From Gammaproteobacteria bacterium (GTDB lineage: Bacteria > Pseudomonadota > Gammaproteobacteria > Coxiellales > Coxiellaceae), in NCBI GenBank assembly GCA_026399315.1, contig JAPLRF010000033.1:16260-80259 (forward strand): a stretch of 64,000 bases of DNA. Reading direction: 5' to 3'. Shown piece after piece: positions 29,076 to 39,037 of this stretch (position 1 is the first letter of the stretch; each line of letters starts with the position of its first letter). A program made the position numbers and the translations under genes. The notes below the pieces were generated by a model, which had not been told where the DNA came from, did not search any database, and worked only from the letters and a program-made list of their open reading frames with translations.

Positions 29076-29864
29076 CTACCGGGCGCGTTTCTGAACTATT
29101 TGAAATAAACTTCTGAAGTTGTCGCTTGTTGCAGTTGCCACTTCTTCAATGGAAATATTTTTTATCTCAGCGATTTTTTCAGCGACGTAACGAACGTATT
29201 TTGGTTCGTTTTGTTTTCCACGGAAAGGCATGGGCGCTAAATACGGAGAATCCGTTTCAATTAATATTTTATCAAGCGGGACATAACGCGCAACTTCCAC
29301 TAATTCTTTTGCGTTTTTAAAAGTAATAATGCCAGAAAATGAAATATAAAAATTTAAATCCAGCGATGCCTTTGCCATTTCCAAACTTTCAGTGAAGCAA
29401 TGCATCACGCCACCCACCTCATTGGCGTTTTCATCACGCATTATTTTCAAGGTATCTTCACTTGCATTGCGCGTATGGACAATTAAAGGTTTTTTTGTTA
29501 ATTTCGCAGCGCTAATGTGATCGCGGAAACGTTGTCGCATCACTTCTAATTTATCGGAATTATAATGATAATCTAAACCGGTTTCACCGATGGCAACCAC
29601 TTTCGGGTGTTTTGCTAACTCACATAAGGTTTCAACGGATAAATCATCTTCTTCTTTTTCGCTGGGGTGTGAACCGACAGAGCAATAAACGTTTTCGTAT
29701 TTTGAAGCGATTTCAGCGCATTTTTTCGCGGAAATCATATCGACGGCAACGCAGAGCATTGCGTTTACCCCGGCTTGTTTTGTTTCGAGCATGAAGCGGT
29801 CGAAATTGTTGTCATAAGAGGGTAAATCAAGCATGTAGGGGTGGCAGTGTGAATCGATGAACAT
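29076..29864 (-). CDS. ycfH: TatD-family metal-dependent hydrolase (YcfH-like)
   Basis: MFIDSHCH..., GETGLDYHY, HTR.A and DSPYLAP motifs, with the conserved position downstream of holB. The last ~6 codons lie in a GC-rich repeat. Confidence 0.85.
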   Translation of the reverse strand: MFIDSHCHPYMLDLPSYDNNFDRFMLETKQAGVNAMLCVAVDMISAKKCAEIASKYENVYCSVGSHPSEKEEDDLSVETLCELAKHPKVVAIGETGLDYHYNSDKLEVMRQRFRDHISAAKLTKKPLIVHTRNASEDTLKIMRDENANEVGGVMHCFTESLEMAKASLDLNFYISFSGIITFKNAKELVEVARYVPLDKILIETDSPYLAPMPFRGKQNEPKYVRYVAEKIAEIKNISIEEVATATSDNFRSLFQIVQKRAR

Positions 29865-29994
29865 TTTAATTTCTCTTGGTTAGGAATACATACATTTCAA
29901 AATGTATGTTTTTATAAAATTCTGCGCCACCCGCTAACGCGGGGGCTTCCGTGCTAATTCACCAGCTCATTGATGAATATTTCTTCATGCAATA

Positions 29995-31056
29995 TTACGC
30001 ACAAGCTACTGAGCGCGTTTCTGAGCTGAATTTTATAAAAATACTTTCTAGGCATAACTGGGTGTTTAAATTAATCCCTCTGGATAAAAATAATTTTTTT
30101 TCATTAAGATGATCAATACATTCCTGCAATTTTATGGGTAATATTTTTTCTGCAATTTTTTCAAGCAGCGGGAAAATATCGTTATTTAAAATATAAGTTA
30201 TTTCTACTTTATTGTGCATACGAGAAATATCGACGCACAGCAAGGTGAGTATCTCCAATATTAAATTAATATCTTGTTTTAACCAAGCGGCTATTGGCGC
30301 AATGGGATTTGCGCGATGTAAAATAATTTGTTCAAGGTGATTTGCAATTTGGTCGCGCAATTGTAAATAATGGTTGTCGGATAGTATTTTTACTTTTAAA
30401 GGTGCATTGCCCGATAAACGCAACAAAATTGCACTGTCTTTTTCAGTGGGCATTTCTTTTGTCAGCCAAGTTAAAGCACTTTTTTCATCAGCAGAAAATA
30501 ATATTTTTTGGCAACGGCTATAAATTGTTGCTGGCAATGGGTGTTCTTGGTTGTCGATTAAAAAAATAATAACCTTACCGCTGGGTTCTTCAAGTGTTTT
30601 TAACAAGGCATTCGCCGCTTGCACTGGCATAGAATCAGCAGGTGAAATAATAATAACTTGATATCCACCTGCGTGGGATGTTCTGGAGATTTTTTCAGTG
30701 AGTTCGCGGATTTGATCTATTTTAATTATTTTGGATTTTTCTTCGGGACTAATCATTAAAAAATCGGGGTGGGTGTTTGCGGAGAATTGTTTGCAGGATT
30801 TACAGGTGTTGCAGGACTGCGCGGTCGCTATCGCTTCCGCTTCCATACGCTTCGTAGAAAGTTCGTTCAGAGAATACTGCGCGGTTGCTGTCCCTGCATT
30901 TTGAGAACACAGTAAAAAACCCGCAAATTCATGCGCAAAATCAGTTTTTCCTAAACCTGATACACCCGATAATAAATAAGCATGCGCTAAACGATTTTGC
31001 AAAAATGCACTATGCAATAAATTAAATTGTTTTTGCTGCCAAGGATAAATCATCAT
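29995..31056 (-). CDS. holB: DNA polymerase III delta' subunit
   Basis: YPWQ start, HAYLL.G..GLGK, the Cys cluster C..SCNTCKSC, ANALLKTLEEP and SRCQ motifs. It overlaps tmk by 4 nt. It carries an in-frame repeat insertion (30811-30897). Confidence 0.8.
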   Translation of the reverse strand: MMIYPWQQKQFNLLHSAFLQNRLAHAYLLSGVSGLGKTDFAHEFAGFLLCSQNAGTATAQYSLNELSTKRMEAEAIATAQSCNTCKSCKQFSANTHPDFLMISPEEKSKIIKIDQIRELTEKISRTSHAGGYQVIIISPADSMPVQAANALLKTLEEPSGKVIIFLIDNQEHPLPATIYSRCQKILFSADEKSALTWLTKEMPTEKDSAILLRLSGNAPLKVKILSDNHYLQLRDQIANHLEQIILHRANPIAPIAAWLKQDINLILEILTLLCVDISRMHNKVEITYILNNDIFPLLEKIAEKILPIKLQECIDHLNEKKLFLSRGINLNTQLCLESIFIKFSSETRSVACA

Positions 31057-31670
31057 AATTTTTCCAGCGCAGTTTTTATTTGTTGCTGCACTGATTCGAG
31101 TGATTGTGTTGCGTCGATAATCACAAAACGCGCTGGAAATTGTTTTGCACGTTCCAAATACGTAGCGCGTACCCGTTCAAAAAAATCAGTTTTTTCTTTT
31201 TCGATACGGTCTTTTTCACCGCGCGCAGTCATGCGAGACAAACCAACTTCAACTGGCGCATCAAATAACAAGGTTAAATCAGGCTGTAAATCACCTTGCA
31301 CCCATTCAGATAATGTTTTCAGTTGGGTCATCGACATTTGTCGTCCGCCCCCTTGATAAGCAAAGCTGGCGTCAGTGAAGCGATCGGAGATAACCCATTT
31401 GTTATTATCGAGCGCAGGTTGAATGACGTGCGCAATATGTTGTGCTCTGCCTGCAAACAATAACAATAATTCGGTTATCGGTAAAATAGCTTCTTGTTCA
31501 TGATGTAATAAAATTTTACGAAGAGATTCTGCGACGTCAGTGCCACCAGGTTCGCGCGTAATAGTAAAATCAATATTTTTTTCGGTTAAATAATTTTTTA
31601 TGTAATTGAGTGCGGTGCTTTTGCCGACACCTTCGACGCCTTCGAGGGTGATGAAGAAATTTGTTTTCAT
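31053..31670 (-). CDS. tmk: Thymidylate kinase
   Basis: FITLEGVEGVGKST P-loop and the DRF...AYQG motif. The start is set at MKTNFF (ATG 31668-31670). Confidence 0.9.
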   Translation of the reverse strand: MKTNFFITLEGVEGVGKSTALNYIKNYLTEKNIDFTITREPGGTDVAESLRKILLHHEQEAILPITELLLLFAGRAQHIAHVIQPALDNNKWVISDRFTDASFAYQGGGRQMSMTQLKTLSEWVQGDLQPDLTLLFDAPVEVGLSRMTARGEKDRIEKEKTDFFERVRATYLERAKQFPARFVIIDATQSLESVQQQIKTALEKL

Positions 31671-31756
31671 GATAAGGGTTCTCGTTGTTCGTGTCATTCT
31701 GCTAAAAAGGTATTTACTGCGATATCACGCGCACCCTACCGGGCAGCGCTTCCGAG

Positions 31757-32767
31757 CTATTTTATTAGTGTATTGCGATATTCTTGCACTTGCTGTAAAT
31801 GCTGCGCATATGTCGCTGAGAAATTATGGCCGCCTTTTCCTGTTGCGACATAATATAAATAATCTGTTACAGCGGGATGTAGCGCTGCTTGTATTGATGA
31901 TTCACTGGGCACACAAATTGGGGTTGGCGGCAGTCCATCCATTAAGTACGTATTGTAGGGCGTTTTTGATGTTAATTCTTTTTTGGTAATGGGGTTATTA
32001 AAATTTTGATTTGCACCATACTGTACTGTTGGATCAATTTGCAGGCGCATATTTTTCGCCAAACGGTTTACAATAACACTGGAAATTAAGGGTTTTTCTG
32101 CCGCCACAGATGTTTCTTTTTCAATTAATGAAGCGACAATCAATGCTTGATAGGCATTTTGATAGGGTAAATTGGCTGCTCTGTTAATCCAATCCGTTTG
32201 TAATATTGTCTGCATTTTTTGATAGGCTGTTTTCAATACAGAAAGATCCGTATTTCCCCAAGTAAAAAAATAGGTGTTGGGATAAAACAATCCTTCAATA
32301 TGTTGCTCGGGCGCATTTAATTTTTGTAATATTATTTGATTCGACTGATTAATTAAAGTTTGATTTAAATCAGCGTCTTTCAATAATGCAGCGCGGATAT
32401 CAGAAAACGTCCATCCTTCAACGATGGTTAAACGGTGCTTCACTAAACCCGTTCCGGCCTTCATGTGTTTTAACAATTTCCATGCCGTCATCGGATATTT
32501 GATTTGATACTCGCCATAACGCAATTGAAAGCGATTGCTTGTGATCGTCACCAACCACGCAAAAAAATCAGGGTAGCGAATAATATTTCGCGCGTATAAA
32601 TGCGTGGCCAGCATAGTCACATCTTGACCTGGATATACTTTAACAGCTATTTTTTCATTTTTTTTAACCAAGGGGACGCGAAAAAATTGGTAGGTTAAAC
32701 TGGTGAGCACAAGGAAGACAAGAGTAGTGAGTACGAGGATAAAGGCGAGAAGTTTGTGTTTGGTCAT
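31757..32767 (-). CDS. mltG: Endolytic murein transglycosylase MltG (YceG-like)
   Basis: An N-terminal TM anchor plus the YceG domain (ASLIEKET, NTYL..GLPP.PI..P). Conserved position between fabF and tmk. Confidence 0.85.
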   Translation of the reverse strand: MTKHKLLAFILVLTTLVFLVLTSLTYQFFRVPLVKKNEKIAVKVYPGQDVTMLATHLYARNIIRYPDFFAWLVTITSNRFQLRYGEYQIKYPMTAWKLLKHMKAGTGLVKHRLTIVEGWTFSDIRAALLKDADLNQTLINQSNQIILQKLNAPEQHIEGLFYPNTYFFTWGNTDLSVLKTAYQKMQTILQTDWINRAANLPYQNAYQALIVASLIEKETSVAAEKPLISSVIVNRLAKNMRLQIDPTVQYGANQNFNNPITKKELTSKTPYNTYLMDGLPPTPICVPSESSIQAALHPAVTDYLYYVATGKGGHNFSATYAQHLQQVQEYRNTLIK

Positions 32768-32827
32768 GATTACTCGCTTTGATAGTTTGAACTTATGGGA
32801 ATGAAAAACGACTTATCGCTCATTCGC

Positions 32828-32937
32828 GCGAGGGCTACCGCCCCCGCTTCTGTGCTATCCACGCGCTCGGAGCTTTGAGGCTCAACGCTTTGTTATGATT
32901 CCACTCGCTAACGCTCGGGGCTCTGAGGCTCGGCGCT
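32828..32937. repeat. GC-rich short-repeat cluster in the fabF 3' flank (families B and A)
   Basis: GCGAGGGCTACCGCCCCCGCTTCTGTGCT is followed by two tandem units related to CCACTCGCTAACGCTCGGGGCTCTGAGGCTCG. The same motifs occur at 35266-35294, 44351-44386, 46366-46404, 56049-56165 and 57393-57477. Confidence 0.8.
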
Positions 32938-34178
32938 TAACTGTATTTTTTAAATATTAGACTACCATTGGTGCCGCCAAATCCAAAGGAGTTGGATAAC
33001 ACGCAATTAATTTTTGCGGATCGCGCAATGTTGGGAACCAAGTCCATGTCACAGCCTTCACCAGGATTATCTAAATTAATAGTGGGTGGCGCTACTTGAT
33101 CACGAATCGCTAAAATAGAGAAAATCGCTTCGACCGCACCCGCCGCACCCAATAAATGGCCTGTCATCGATTTCGTTGAACTCATCATGCAATGATTTGC
33201 GTGATCACCAAATGCCTTTTTAACAGCCAATATTTCAAGATGATCAGCCGCTGGGGTTGATGTGCCGTGCGCATTCACATAATCAATGTCGCTTGCCGTC
33301 ATTTTTGCATCCTGCAATGCATTTATAATGGCTTGCGATGTGCCGCGCGCGTTGGGTTCAGGGGACGTTGTATGATAGGCATCCGCACTCATTCCAAAAC
33401 CCATTAACTCAGCATAAATATGCGCGCCACGTTTTTTTGCAAATTCTAATTCTTCTAACACCAAAACACCCGCGCCTTCGCCTAGCACAAAACCATCACG
33501 GTCTTTATCCCAAGGGCGACTCGCTTTCGTGGGATCATCGTTACGCGTGGACAATGCTTTAATAACGTTAAATCCACCCACACCCAATTCGGTAGTGACC
33601 ATTTCTGTGCCGCCCGCTAACATTGCATCAGCATCGCCATAGGCAATCATGCGCGCAGCCGCGCCAATGTTATGTGCGCCAGAGGTGCAAGCCGTCACAA
33701 TAGAAATGTTAGGGCCCTGTAAATTGTGTTTCATAGACACAAGACCAGGCGCCATATTAACGATGGAACCAATGATAAAAAACGGAGAAATTTTACGTGC
33801 GCCGCCTTCAATGAAAGCGTCACGATTTTTTTCTATGTGCAGTAGACCGCCAATCCCGGAACCAATTGCACACCCTACGCGAGGCGCAATGTCATCGGTA
33901 ACGATTAAGCCGGAATCCAGCATGGCTTGTCTGGCTGCCTCTGCCGCATATAAAACAAATGTATCTAAGCGACGCGCCTCTTTAATATCAACCGCCAATA
34001 AAGGATCGAAGTTTTTCACTTCGGCTGCAAAACGCGTGGGGAACGAAGAAGCGTCAAAACGCGTAATGGGCCCAACAGCGCTTTTTCCAGCAAGCAGCGC
34101 ATCCCATGTATCAGGGGCAGTGTTACCCAAGGGACTTAGCATCCCTATTCCAGTTACGACAACGCGTCTTTTAGTCAC
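32937..34178 (-). CDS. fabF: 3-oxoacyl-ACP synthase II
   Basis: 413 aa. The active-site region [13 protein letters not shown] plus the NAHGTSTP and [10 protein letters not shown] motifs. Confidence 0.9.
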   Translation of the reverse strand: MTKRRVVVTGIGMLSPLGNTAPDTWDALLAGKSAVGPITRFDASSFPTRFAAEVKNFDPLLAVDIKEARRLDTFVLYAAEAARQAMLDSGLIVTDDIAPRVGCAIGSGIGGLLHIEKNRDAFIEGGARKISPFFIIGSIVNMAPGLVSMKHNLQGPNISIVTACTSGAHNIGAAARMIAYGDADAMLAGGTEMVTTELGVGGFNVIKALSTRNDDPTKASRPWDKDRDGFVLGEGAGVLVLEELEFAKKRGAHIYAELMGFGMSADAYHTTSPEPNARGTSQAIINALQDAKMTASDIDYVNAHGTSTPAADHLEILAVKKAFGDHANHCMMSSTKSMTGHLLGAAGAVEAIFSILAIRDQVAPPTINLDNPGEGCDMDLVPNIARSAKINCVLSNSFGFGGTNGSLIFKKYS

Positions 34179-34199
34179 ACGGCTATCCTCAGCTTAAAA

Positions 34200-34439
34200 T
34201 CAAGCAGTACGCGCTTTGATAAAATCAACCGCCAATTGAACTGTGGTGATTTTTTCAGCTTCGTCATCTTTGATTTCGATATCGAATTTTTCTTCTAATG
34301 CCATAACCAATTCAACTGTATCCAAGGAATCAGCGCCTAAATCATCGACAAAAGAGGAAGTGAGTTTTACTTCTTCTTCTTTTACACCCAATTGTTCAAC
34401 TACGATCTTCTTAACGCGATCTTCAATACTTGCTGACAT
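34200..34439 (-). CDS. acpP: Acyl carrier protein
   Basis: [18 protein letters not shown] phosphopantetheine attachment motif; 79 aa. Confidence 0.95.
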   Translation of the reverse strand: MSASIEDRVKKIVVEQLGVKEEEVKLTSSFVDDLGADSLDTVELVMALEEKFDIEIKDDEAEKITTVQLAVDFIKARTA

Positions 34440-34520
34440 TGTTATTTCCTCTTGTTGTAATTTAACCTAACGGACACTTATTCTTATCCGAAAACGCGAA
34501 TTCTAGCATTTTCAATTGTG

Positions 34521-35237
34521 TTATGCCATGTACATTCCACCATTAACGTGCAGCGTTTGCCCGGTAATGTATGCCGCCTTTTCTGAAGCCAAAAATAATG
34601 CAGCATTGGCAATGTCAGAAACATCGCCCATCTTTTTAGCTGGAATTTGTGACAAAATTGCTTCACGTTGTTTGTCGTCCAATTTATCTGTCATGTCAGT
34701 TTGAATAAACCCTGGTGCAATTGCATTCGCTGTTATACCCACACCCGCCATTTCTGCTGCCACCGCTTTTGTAAAACCAATCACGCCAGCTTTTGCGGCA
34801 CAATAATTTGCCTGCCCAGGATTACCCGTTACGCCCACAACCGAAGTCAAATTAATAATTCGCCCCCAGCGCGCTTTCATCATCGACCGCAAGGCTATTT
34901 TTGTTGTGCGATACACAGCATTTAAATTGGTATTGATCACACGATCCCATTGTTCGGGTTTCATGCGCAATACCAAATTATCTTCTGTGACACCCGCATT
35001 ATTAATTAATATCGCAGGCGCACCAAACTGCGTTTGAATTTTTTCAAAAAGCGCTTCAATCGCAGCAGCGTCACAGACATCTAAAACAAAACCATGGCCC
35101 GGGATATTTTTCACGCCAGATTCTGACGTGGCTGTTCCAATGACAATGGCATTTTGCTCTGCAAATGCCTTTGCAATGCCATGACCAATTCCGCGGCTGG
35201 CGCCGGTGATTAAAATGATTTTGTTTGTGAATGGCAT
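34521..35237 (-). CDS. fabG: 3-oxoacyl-ACP reductase
   Basis: SDR motifs TGASRGIG, NNAG and YCAAKAG, with fab operon context. Confidence 0.9.
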   Translation of the reverse strand: MPFTNKIILITGASRGIGHGIAKAFAEQNAIVIGTATSESGVKNIPGHGFVLDVCDAAAIEALFEKIQTQFGAPAILINNAGVTEDNLVLRMKPEQWDRVINTNLNAVYRTTKIALRSMMKARWGRIINLTSVVGVTGNPGQANYCAAKAGVIGFTKAVAAEMAGVGITANAIAPGFIQTDMTDKLDDKQREAILSQIPAKKMGDVSDIANAALFLASEKAAYITGQTLHVNGGMYMA

Positions 35238-35294
35238 GGGTTCTCCAATTCTGTGCTGTTTAAAATTCCACTCGCTGACGCTCGGGGCTGTGAG

Positions 35295-36230
35295 TTAAAG
35301 ATTAATAATATCTTTTGAAATTCGTTTATTTAGTCCCGCCAATACTTTTCCTGGCCCGCATTCATAAAAGGTGTTGACGCCATTGTTCATCATATACTGA
35401 ATGGTTTCGACCCAACGCACTGGTGAAATTAATTGTCGGACCAAAGCGTCGCGAATATCAGTGGAAGTGTGGTGAATTTTTACATCGGCATTTTGAATAA
35501 CAGAAATTGCAGGGGATTTAATTTCAATGGATTTTAATTTTTCTGCCATGGCATCCGCAGCACTTTGCATGAGGGCACAGTGTGATGGCACACTGACAGG
35601 GATTTTTTTTGCTATTTTCGCGCCTTTTTCGTCTGCTAATTGAATGGCTTTTTCAACGGCAGATGTATTGCCTGCTATTACTATTTGGCCGATGGAATTA
35701 TAATTGGCAGGACTGACTGCGCGGTCGCTATCGCTTCCGCTTCCATTCACTCTAGATAATTCATCGCTTATGTATTGACTGGCTTGCTTGCAAATTTCTT
35801 CAACGACGTGATCTTCTAATCCCACAATCGCGGCCATTGCGCCCGCCCCCGGCAAAACAGCTTCTTGCATAAACTTTCCACGCGCAGAAACCAATGAAAT
35901 AGCATCATTAAAATGAATGGCCTCAGCACAAACCAGCGCAGCATACTCACCCAAACTGTGACCCGCTAAAAATGTTGGTTTTTCATCGTGTGATAATTTC
36001 CAACATTCGTATACGGCGATATCTGCCGCTAACAATGCCGGCTGTGTAAATTCAGTTTGATCTAATTTTTCTGCGGGGCCATTTTGCGTTAATTCCCATA
36101 AATCGTAATGCAAAATATCGGATGCTTGATTAAATAATTTTTTTACGCAAGCATGTTGCACAGCTAATTCAGATAACATGCCGATGGATTGCGAACCCTG
36201 ACCAGGAAAGATAAGTGCGAAGTGCGTCAT
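35295..36230 (-). CDS. fabD: Malonyl-CoA-ACP transacylase
   Basis: FPGQGSQ, GHSLGEY and VSVPSHC motifs. It contains a ~16-codon GC-rich insertion (about 35717-35764). Confidence 0.9.
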   Translation of the reverse strand: MTHFALIFPGQGSQSIGMLSELAVQHACVKKLFNQASDILHYDLWELTQNGPAEKLDQTEFTQPALLAADIAVYECWKLSHDEKPTFLAGHSLGEYAALVCAEAIHFNDAISLVSARGKFMQEAVLPGAGAMAAIVGLEDHVVEEICKQASQYISDELSRVNGSGSDSDRAVSPANYNSIGQIVIAGNTSAVEKAIQLADEKGAKIAKKIPVSVPSHCALMQSAADAMAEKLKSIEIKSPAISVIQNADVKIHHTSTDIRDALVRQLISPVRWVETIQYMMNNGVNTFYECGPGKVLAGLNKRISKDIINL

Positions 36231-36248
36231 AAAAAATCCAAAAGAGTG

Positions 36249-37208
36249 CTAATAAATAATTAACGCTGATCCCCAAGCAAATCCAGCGCCGAATGCTTCT
36301 AACAATAATTTGTCACCGCGTTTGATTTGATTATTTCTCACCGCGAAATCAAGCGCCAATGGAATGGATGCAGCAGACGTATTGCCGTGCTCTTCAATCG
36401 TCAACACCACTTTATCCATCGACATGTCTAATTTTTTTGCCATCGCTAAAATAATTCGCATGTTAGCTTGATGTGGAATAAACCAATCAATATCGTGTTT
36501 ATCGATGTTGGCTTTCGCGAGCGTTTGATCGACAATTTCACCGAGCTTCGTTACGGCAATACGAAATACTTCGCTACCTGCCATTTGAATATAATTTTTT
36601 GCTTCACCTGAAAATAAGGCATTTTCAGCGAATAATAACTCCGTGTGTTGCCCATCAGAATGAATATGCGTTGCCAATAATCCCGGTGTTTCACTCGCCT
36701 GCATCACAACTGCGCCAGCACCATCACCGAATAAAATACAGGAAGAACGGTCCGTCCAATCAACAACGGCCGATAAAGTATCCGCGCCAATAACCAGCAC
36801 ATTTTTACACGCACCGGTTTTAATAAATTGATCTGCGATATTCATCCCGTAAACAAAACCCGCACAAGCTGCACCCAAATCAAAAGCAGGACATTCATTG
36901 GTAATACCCAATCGTTTTTGTATTTCACATGCAACGCTGGGAAATAAACGATCTGGCGATGCCGTTCCCACAACAATCAAATCAATATCATTCGGGTTTA
37001 AATTTGCGGAAAGAATCGCAGCGCGCGCTGCTTCAAATGCCATCGATGCGGTTGTATCACCACTGTCAGCCACCAAATGACGACAGCGAATACCGACGCG
37101 TTTCACAATCCATTCGTCTGTGGTATCAACCATTTTTTCTAATTCAGCATTGGTTAATATTTTTTTAGGGAGATAGCTGCCAGTGCCAGCGATTTTAGAA
37201 TAAATCAT
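36249..37208 (-). CDS. fabH: 3-oxoacyl-ACP synthase III
   Basis: AACAGF active-site Cys, HQAN and GNTSAASIP motifs. Confidence 0.9.
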   Translation of the reverse strand: MIYSKIAGTGSYLPKKILTNAELEKMVDTTDEWIVKRVGIRCRHLVADSGDTTASMAFEAARAAILSANLNPNDIDLIVVGTASPDRLFPSVACEIQKRLGITNECPAFDLGAACAGFVYGMNIADQFIKTGACKNVLVIGADTLSAVVDWTDRSSCILFGDGAGAVVMQASETPGLLATHIHSDGQHTELLFAENALFSGEAKNYIQMAGSEVFRIAVTKLGEIVDQTLAKANIDKHDIDWFIPHQANMRIILAMAKKLDMSMDKVVLTIEEHGNTSAASIPLALDFAVRNNQIKRGDKLLLEAFGAGFAWGSALIIY

Positions 37209-38221
37209 AGGGGATCCGTTAATGCAGTTCTAATTAATTCAGGGATGTTTTTTTCAAGTTCTAAAACAGCTTGTTCAATGGCCGAAGAAAAGGATATTTC
37301 ATCTGCGCTACCATGACTTTTAATAACAATGCCATTTAATCCAACTAAGGATGCGCCATTGCGCAAACGCGGGTCGATACGATTTTTAATATTATTTAAT
37401 AACGGAATGGCAGGAATGATGGATAATTTCGTCCACCAATGTCGCTTTATTTCTTCGCGCGCATAAGCGGCAATTAATTTTAACGTGCCTTCACATGCTT
37501 TCAATACTGCATTTCCAACAAATCCATCGCAGACTACAATATCGGCTTTCGCATAAAAGATATCATCGCCTTCAACAAATCCAACATAATTAATGGTTTC
37601 ACATTGCGATAAAAGCTCAGCGGCATTTTTAACTTGTTCGTTGCCTTTGATATCCTCTGAACCAATATTTAAAAGTGCCACGGTAGGATTTGAATTGTTT
37701 TCAAGCGCTTTCGCAACAATGGAACCCATGATTGCAAACTGTAATAAATGTTCCGGAGAAGAATCAACGTTCGCCCCCAAATCCAGAACACGCACAATTT
37801 TATTGTTCATGGCAGGAAGGCAGGCCATGATTGCAGGACGATCGATTGAAGGGAGCGTTTTTAAAACGAAGCGTGCCGTTGCCATTAAGGCGCCGGTGTT
37901 GCCAGCGGAAACACAGGCCTGCGCGCGACCTTCTTTAACAAGATCAATGGCAACCCGCATAGAAGAATCTTTCTTGGAACGCAATGCCGTTGAAACGGAT
38001 TCATCCATCGCAACAACTTCTGTTGCCAATTGAATTTCACAGCGATCAGCAACATCAGCGCCTTGCTTTGCTAACAAGGCTTGCAATGGTTCTGTCAATC
38101 CAACCAAAATTAATTTTAAATCTGGATGTCGGCGCAAAACACGAAGTGCAGCCGGAACGGTGACGGAAGGTCCGAAATCGCCGCCCATGGCATCAATTGA
38201 GATTGTTTTTGAAACAAGCAT
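37205..38221 (-). CDS. plsX: Phosphate acyltransferase PlsX
   Basis: [10 protein letters not shown] start and GFVGNAVLK motif. It overlaps fabH by 4 nt. Confidence 0.9.
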   Translation of the reverse strand: MLVSKTISIDAMGGDFGPSVTVPAALRVLRRHPDLKLILVGLTEPLQALLAKQGADVADRCEIQLATEVVAMDESVSTALRSKKDSSMRVAIDLVKEGRAQACVSAGNTGALMATARFVLKTLPSIDRPAIMACLPAMNNKIVRVLDLGANVDSSPEHLLQFAIMGSIVAKALENNSNPTVALLNIGSEDIKGNEQVKNAAELLSQCETINYVGFVEGDDIFYAKADIVVCDGFVGNAVLKACEGTLKLIAAYAREEIKRHWWTKLSIIPAIPLLNNIKNRIDPRLRNGASLVGLNGIVIKSHGSADEISFSSAIEQAVLELEKNIPELIRTALTDPL

Positions 38222-38289
38222 TTGACAATCCTGAGAAAAAACACATCGTGATAATCAAACGCAGCCTTTCAGCCACGTTTCTGTGCTAT

Positions 38290-38487
38290 CTATTCTTCAG
38301 ATTCGTCTGAAACAACATTTTTTGCAATCACTTCACGGCCACGGTGATAACCATCTGGTGTGATGTGGTGACGTAAATGTCTTTCGCCAGTTTCTAAATC
38401 TGTTGTCACGCTGCGTGCTGTTAAAGCATCATGCGAGCGACGCATGCCACGACGTGAACGGGTAACTCGGCTTTTCTGTACGGCCAT
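38290..38487 (-). CDS. rpmF: 50S ribosomal protein L32
   Basis: [22 protein letters not shown]. Confidence 0.9.
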   Translation of the reverse strand: MAVQKSRVTRSRRGMRRSHDALTARSVTTDLETGERHLRHHITPDGYHRGREVIAKNVVSDESEE

Positions 38488-38615
38488 GGTAAAAACTCCA
38501 AATCTGTTAAAAATTTCGTTGGAAGTATAACAGTTTATTGTTTAACTGCAACAAACTGTTGGACGCCAGTCGAAAAAAGCATGTCTGTCTAAGCGGGCAG
38601 TTTTTTAATCTAAAA

Positions 38616-39032
38616 TCAACATACATCGGAATCGTGCTTCGGCACCATCGGCAGCGCTAATAGTATCTCATCTTCGATCATATCAATCGCGGATACACAT
38701 TCGTTTTCCATCGCAACCGGCTCATAACGCTCAGAAAGATTTTTAGCACGCTCGTCAGACACGACGGGGCTCAACGCAAATTCAGCGTCCATTTCATATT
38801 GCATGGGCTTATTACAGCGCTGACAAATGAGATTAATCTTCGTTTTGATTTTGCCATTGATAAAATAAGTGCGCCGCTCATCTTGGCCAAACTGTAAATG
38901 AATTTTCACAATAGCATCAGCTTGCTCGCTGATTTCCTGCAAGCGTGGCATATTTTGCAAGAGAAATTCACATTGCATCTCGGCATTTAATTTGCCTAAT
39001 TTGATTGGATCAAGTGTTTTGGGTAGCTGCAT
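38616..39032 (-). CDS. yceD: YceD/DUF177 family protein (23S rRNA accumulation protein)
   Basis: LPKTLDP start, the CQRCNKP Cys motif and IEDEILLALPMVPKHD. Conserved position upstream of rpmF. As I recall E. coli YceD, this copy is shorter at the C-terminus. Confidence 0.7.
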   Translation of the reverse strand: MQLPKTLDPIKLGKLNAEMQCEFLLQNMPRLQEISEQADAIVKIHLQFGQDERRTYFINGKIKTKINLICQRCNKPMQYEMDAEFALSPVVSDERAKNLSERYEPVAMENECVSAIDMIEDEILLALPMVPKHDSDVC

Positions 39033-39037
39033 AATCT

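Noticed and set aside
33649-34197. 182-aa ORF on the plus strand, plus similar ORFs at 37593-38033, 34668-34925, 31027-31356 and 31606-31989
   Set aside because: They are antisense to strongly supported fab, plsX, tmk and holB genes. Their composition (Ala/Arg/Ser/Pro-rich) is typical of antisense frames, and I see no motifs.
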